The notes beneath the pieces were generated by a model, which was given only the letters and a program-made list of their open reading frames with translations, had not been told where the DNA came from and made no database searches. 58,079 nt of DNA, taken from positions 1 through 58,079 of the forward strand of contig JABDGN010000005.1 of assembly GCA_013285995.1 (NCBI GenBank), written 5' to 3'. Positions within the stretch are counted from its first letter, which is position 1, and every line of letters starts with the position of its first letter. Below, piece by piece: positions 55,197-58,079 of the stretch. The translations under genes and the position numbers were made by a program. Source of the stretch: Gammaproteobacteria bacterium (GTDB taxonomy: Bacteria > Pseudomonadota > Gammaproteobacteria > JABDGN01).

Positions 55197-56204
55197 TTAC
55201 CGATGCTCACGGAGCCCATCTGCACCTTCTTGAATACGAAGCATACAAGCATCAATGGCACGCTGCAACTCCGTTCGATTACCTCCGTTATCAATTGCTT
55301 GCTGGTAAAGTTCTGCGGCTCTCTGAAACCCTGACAGAGCATGGTCAATACGACCTTGCCTACAAAAATTTATTGCACTCTCATAAAAGATTTTTGCTGT
55401 GTATGCAAGCTGTTGATGATAAGGGGTAGCAAAAAATTGCTTTGTCTGCGTTATTATTTCTCGATCCGCAGGGCTTAATTCTTGCAATTTTCTAGGTATG
55501 CCATCTTTTGAAAAATATTGCTGCTCAGCGCGCCCTTTTTGAGCTTCCCAATATTCATCATGTTCACTATAAGAGTATCCTAATTGCTCGCCTGGCTGTA
55601 TGTCGTTCGCAGCTACAAAAGAAATATAAGTTATATCTTCGTAAGCGGTCTTGCAGACTTTCAAATTAGCAAATGCCAACGATAAAGATTGAGACGCACC
55701 AGGAAGTTTCGTAAGCATATCTTGTAGAAAACCACCAATCCCTCCTGCATGATAAGCTGATATAACATCTGTATCATTTAACCGGTAGAGATAATGTGTA
55801 TCGAACTTTTTCGCCTGGTCGTAAGGCATGATTACACCTGCATAAGTACACACTTCTGTACCTTGCCTAATAAGCTGGGTAGCAAAAACACCGTATCCCA
55901 CCTCTTGATTAATCCAGCGTATTACCAAATAGTTACGCCAATCAACCGGTGGCGTTTTTTGTTGCAAGGGGCGTCCTATGGATGCCGAAGTCGGTCTTGC
56001 ATCCCAAAGAACTTCCGTCAATTTAAAATCAGCGATGCGACGGTACTTAGAAATTTCTTTTTTAAACTGCGCTTTGGGCATGCGTTCTATAACGGGAGGG
56101 GTTGGTAAAGGATTTCTTGCTACCGGAATAACATCGAATTGCTCATCGGGTATTGAACAAGAAAACAAAGGTCGAACGTCTGAAAAAGTAGATCTGTACG
56201 TCAT
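55197..56204 (-). CDS. SET-domain protein (putative protein lysine methyltransferase) with a helical TPR-like C-terminus
   Basis: GYGVFATQLIRQGTEVCTYAGVI, YLYRLN, GGIGGFLQDM (divergent at the NHSC position), PGEQLGYSY. AAGG RBS. Confidence 0.55.
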   Translation of the reverse strand: MTYRSTFSDVRPLFSCSIPDEQFDVIPVARNPLPTPPVIERMPKAQFKKEISKYRRIADFKLTEVLWDARPTSASIGRPLQQKTPPVDWRNYLVIRWINQEVGYGVFATQLIRQGTEVCTYAGVIMPYDQAKKFDTHYLYRLNDTDVISAYHAGGIGGFLQDMLTKLPGASQSLSLAFANLKVCKTAYEDITYISFVAANDIQPGEQLGYSYSEHDEYWEAQKGRAEQQYFSKDGIPRKLQELSPADREIITQTKQFFATPYHQQLAYTAKIFYESAINFCRQGRIDHALSGFQRAAELYQQAIDNGGNRTELQRAIDACMLRIQEGADGLREHR

Positions 56205-56287
56205 AATTAGCCTTCTTCTATTATCATAAAATTGTTGGCCTAATTATACCGCTATTTTGCATGCAGGGCATGATGCCGCCTGGTTTA

Positions 56288-57166
56288 TTAGCTAACAAAT
56301 TCTAAGAATTTATTTAGCAACAAACTGTGATATTTATCACGATGTGTTAATAATAATAAATCGCGTTGGCAAATTAATTTGCCAACTTTTAGTCGCACTA
56401 AACTTTTATTTTGCAATTCTTGTTGCACGACGTGGCTCGATAAGCAACTGACGTAATTGCCGCTTAATAACACTTGTTTGATCGCCTCCGTGCTAGGTAA
56501 AGTTAATTTAACATCCAGTGGCGAGAGCGCTTTAGCCATGGTGGCTTCAAAAATGCTGCGCGTGCCGGAGCCTTTCTCTCGCAATACCCAGTTTGCGGTT
56601 TGTAAATCTTTTATGCTTAAGCGTTTTTTCTTGGCAAAAGGATGTTTGCCACCTGTCACTAAAATAAGCTCGTCTTGTTGCCAAATATTTTGCTCTAAAT
56701 CATTGGCATCACATTTTCCTTCGATAAAGCCAACATCTAAGTTCATTTTTTGTAATTGGTTGATAATGTAATGGCTGTTATTAATTTCCAGCTCAATGTT
56801 CACTTTGGGATAACGTTGCATAAAGTTTGCAATTAAAGCGGGTAGTAAATAATTGCCAATGGTGGTGCTGGCACCTATTTTTAATTTGCCGCTTAACACG
56901 CCGGCTTTGGTTTTTAATGTGTCTTCAAATTCTTCCGCTTGGCGTAATAAATTTTGTGCCTTGCTTAAAGCTAATTCTCCCGCATCGGTTAACAATAATT
57001 TTTTAGCTTTGCGCGTAAATAACGATTTGTTTAACTGGTTCTCTAATTCAGCCAAAGCCATGCTAACGGCTGATTGCGAAAGAAATAATTTTGCAGCCGC
57101 TTGCGTGACATTGCCTTGTTCGGCAATGGCGCAGAAGATGGATAGTTGACGAAGTGAGAATTTCAT
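56288..57166 (-). CDS. LysR-family transcriptional regulator
   Basis: MKFSLRQLSIFCAIAEQGNVTQAAAKLFLSQSAVSMALAELE HTH domain plus a typical substrate-binding domain. Confidence 0.85.
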   Translation of the reverse strand: MKFSLRQLSIFCAIAEQGNVTQAAAKLFLSQSAVSMALAELENQLNKSLFTRKAKKLLLTDAGELALSKAQNLLRQAEEFEDTLKTKAGVLSGKLKIGASTTIGNYLLPALIANFMQRYPKVNIELEINNSHYIINQLQKMNLDVGFIEGKCDANDLEQNIWQQDELILVTGGKHPFAKKKRLSIKDLQTANWVLREKGSGTRSIFEATMAKALSPLDVKLTLPSTEAIKQVLLSGNYVSCLSSHVVQQELQNKSLVRLKVGKLICQRDLLLLTHRDKYHSLLLNKFLEFVS

Positions 57167-57209
57167 AAAGGGTTCTCTGTAATAAATCGTTATTCCTGCT
57201 CAAGCGGGA

Positions 57210-57318
57210 GTAGGTCGGTTTACGAGAGCTTGGGCGTAAGCCTAAGCGAACAAGCCGACATCATGTTTGGGCTGTCGGCTTGTTCGATTGCTTCGCAATC
57301 TCTCGTAAGCCGACCTAC
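57210..57318. repeat. Family-B double-hairpin element
   Basis: gtaggtcggtttacgagagcttgggcgtaagcctaagcgaacaagccgac ... gtcggcttgttcgattgcttcgcaatctctcgtaagccgacctac. Confidence 0.85.
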
Positions 57319-57413
57319 GTCTTAATAATCAAAAAAACTGATAATAGATATAATTATAATCAATTTTACTAATAATTCAAAATACTTTAAACTGCACTCT
57401 GATGCTGGCGATT

Positions 57414-57439
57414 GTCATTCCCGCTTTCGCGGGGATGAC
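57414..57439. repeat. Family-A minimal unit (single hairpin)
   Basis: gtcattcccgctttcgcggggatgac. Confidence 0.8.
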
Positions 57440-57466
57440 GATTAATTCAACAAGAGGAAATCCATC

Positions 57467-58079
57467 ATGTCAATCACCCCTTTTTCACAACTAAACCACC
57501 CGCGCGAACTATTTCGCCAATTTACCCCCAATTGGTTTGCCGTCAACATGGGCACCGGCGTTGTGATGCTGATTTTGCCGCATGTATGGGCAGCCAGTTG
57601 GGCCATGGATGTATCCAAAGTTTTATTCTTTATCAATGTAATTTTATTTATTTTTTTCTGTATTTTATTAGCAGGGCGCATTGTATTTTTCCCCAAAACA
57701 TTGAAACCTTTATTTGAACACAGTATCCAACCGATGGCGTTTGGCTGTATGCCGATGGGATTGGCAACCATTATTAATGGCTGTATTTTGTTTTATGGTG
57801 CTATTCAGTTATCGCATATATTGTGGTGGATTGATTGTTTGTTATCGGTGCTCTTTGTATTTGTCGTGCCGTATTTTATGTTCACTAAACATGATCACAA
57901 AGCTGAAACCATGTCCGCAGTGTGGTTGTTACCGATTGTGCCGAGCGAAGTGGCCTCTTGCACTGGCGCTTTTTTAGTGCCGCATTTGCCAGTGCATGAT
58001 GGATTATTAGTGTTATTCACCAGTTATGGTTTATGGGCCATCTCAGTATTTTTAGCCGCAGGCATTGTGATTAATTTTA
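57467..58079 (+). CDS. TehA/TDT-family (C4-dicarboxylate / tellurite-resistance type) transporter, 5' part, runs off the window
   Basis: Not in the ORF track because it is open-ended. GAGGAAA RBS, then ATG 57467 opens a frame free of stops to 58079: MSITPFSQLNHPRELFRQFTPNWFAVNMGTGVV... with consecutive TM helices. Confidence 0.65.
   Translation, partial: MSITPFSQLNHPRELFRQFTPNWFAVNMGTGVVMLILPHVWAASWAMDVSKVLFFINVILFIFFCILLAGRIVFFPKTLKPLFEHSIQPMAFGCMPMGLATIINGCILFYGAIQLSHILWWIDCLLSVLFVFVVPYFMFTKHDHKAETMSAVWLLPIVPSEVASCTGAFLVPHLPVHDGLLVLFTSYGLWAISVFLAAGIVINF

Noticed and set aside
55163-56229. Plus-strand ORFs 55163-55429, 55794-56108 and 55978-56229
   Set aside because: They lie antisense within the SET-domain gene, have no RBS, and their composition is typical of shadow ORFs.

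Overview
This is a 58-kb chromosomal window from an AT-rich gammaproteobacterium. By inference only, it is most consistent with an intracellular or amoeba-associated Legionellales-type organism.

**Backbone.** The backbone is housekeeping genes: tldD, pmbA, trmJ, recJ, uvrB, rlmJ, gltX, ffh, sufB with an Rrf2 regulator, sdhE/ygfX and an aminotransferase. There is also a poly-hydroxybutyrate (PHB) locus: acetoacetyl-CoA synthetase, phasin, phaB, a patatin-like lipase, bdhA, phaC and a second phasin-like gene. Other genes include three MFS efflux genes, a multicopper oxidase and a class A beta-lactamase.

**Orphan genes.** Visibly AT-richer orphan genes are wedged into this backbone. Several carry eukaryote-type domains: two F-box proteins, a 1094-aa WD40+RCC1 protein and a SET-domain protein. 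Two further large orphans have no recognisable motif, and one of them sits inside the tldD-pmbA pair.

**Repeats.** Intergenic space is saturated with two families of nested palindromic repeats.
- Family A has an ATTCCC-N8-GGGAAT core bracketed by GTCAT/ATGAC.
- Family B has GTAGGTCGGCTT...AAGCCGACCTAC ends around variable hairpins.
- These repeats nest in each other and supply stop codons and C-terminal residues. One copy sits in frame inside rlmJ.
- A ~75-bp unit is triplicated upstream of the single tRNA-Thr(CGU).

**Decay remnants.** These include a truncated DUF1016 nuclease, a GNAT fragment, an AbiEi antitoxin with a gutted AbiEii toxin, a 163-bp MITE, a BNR fragment and a methyltransferase 3' relic.

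I saw no rRNA, CRISPR array, transposase, integrase or reverse transcriptase.
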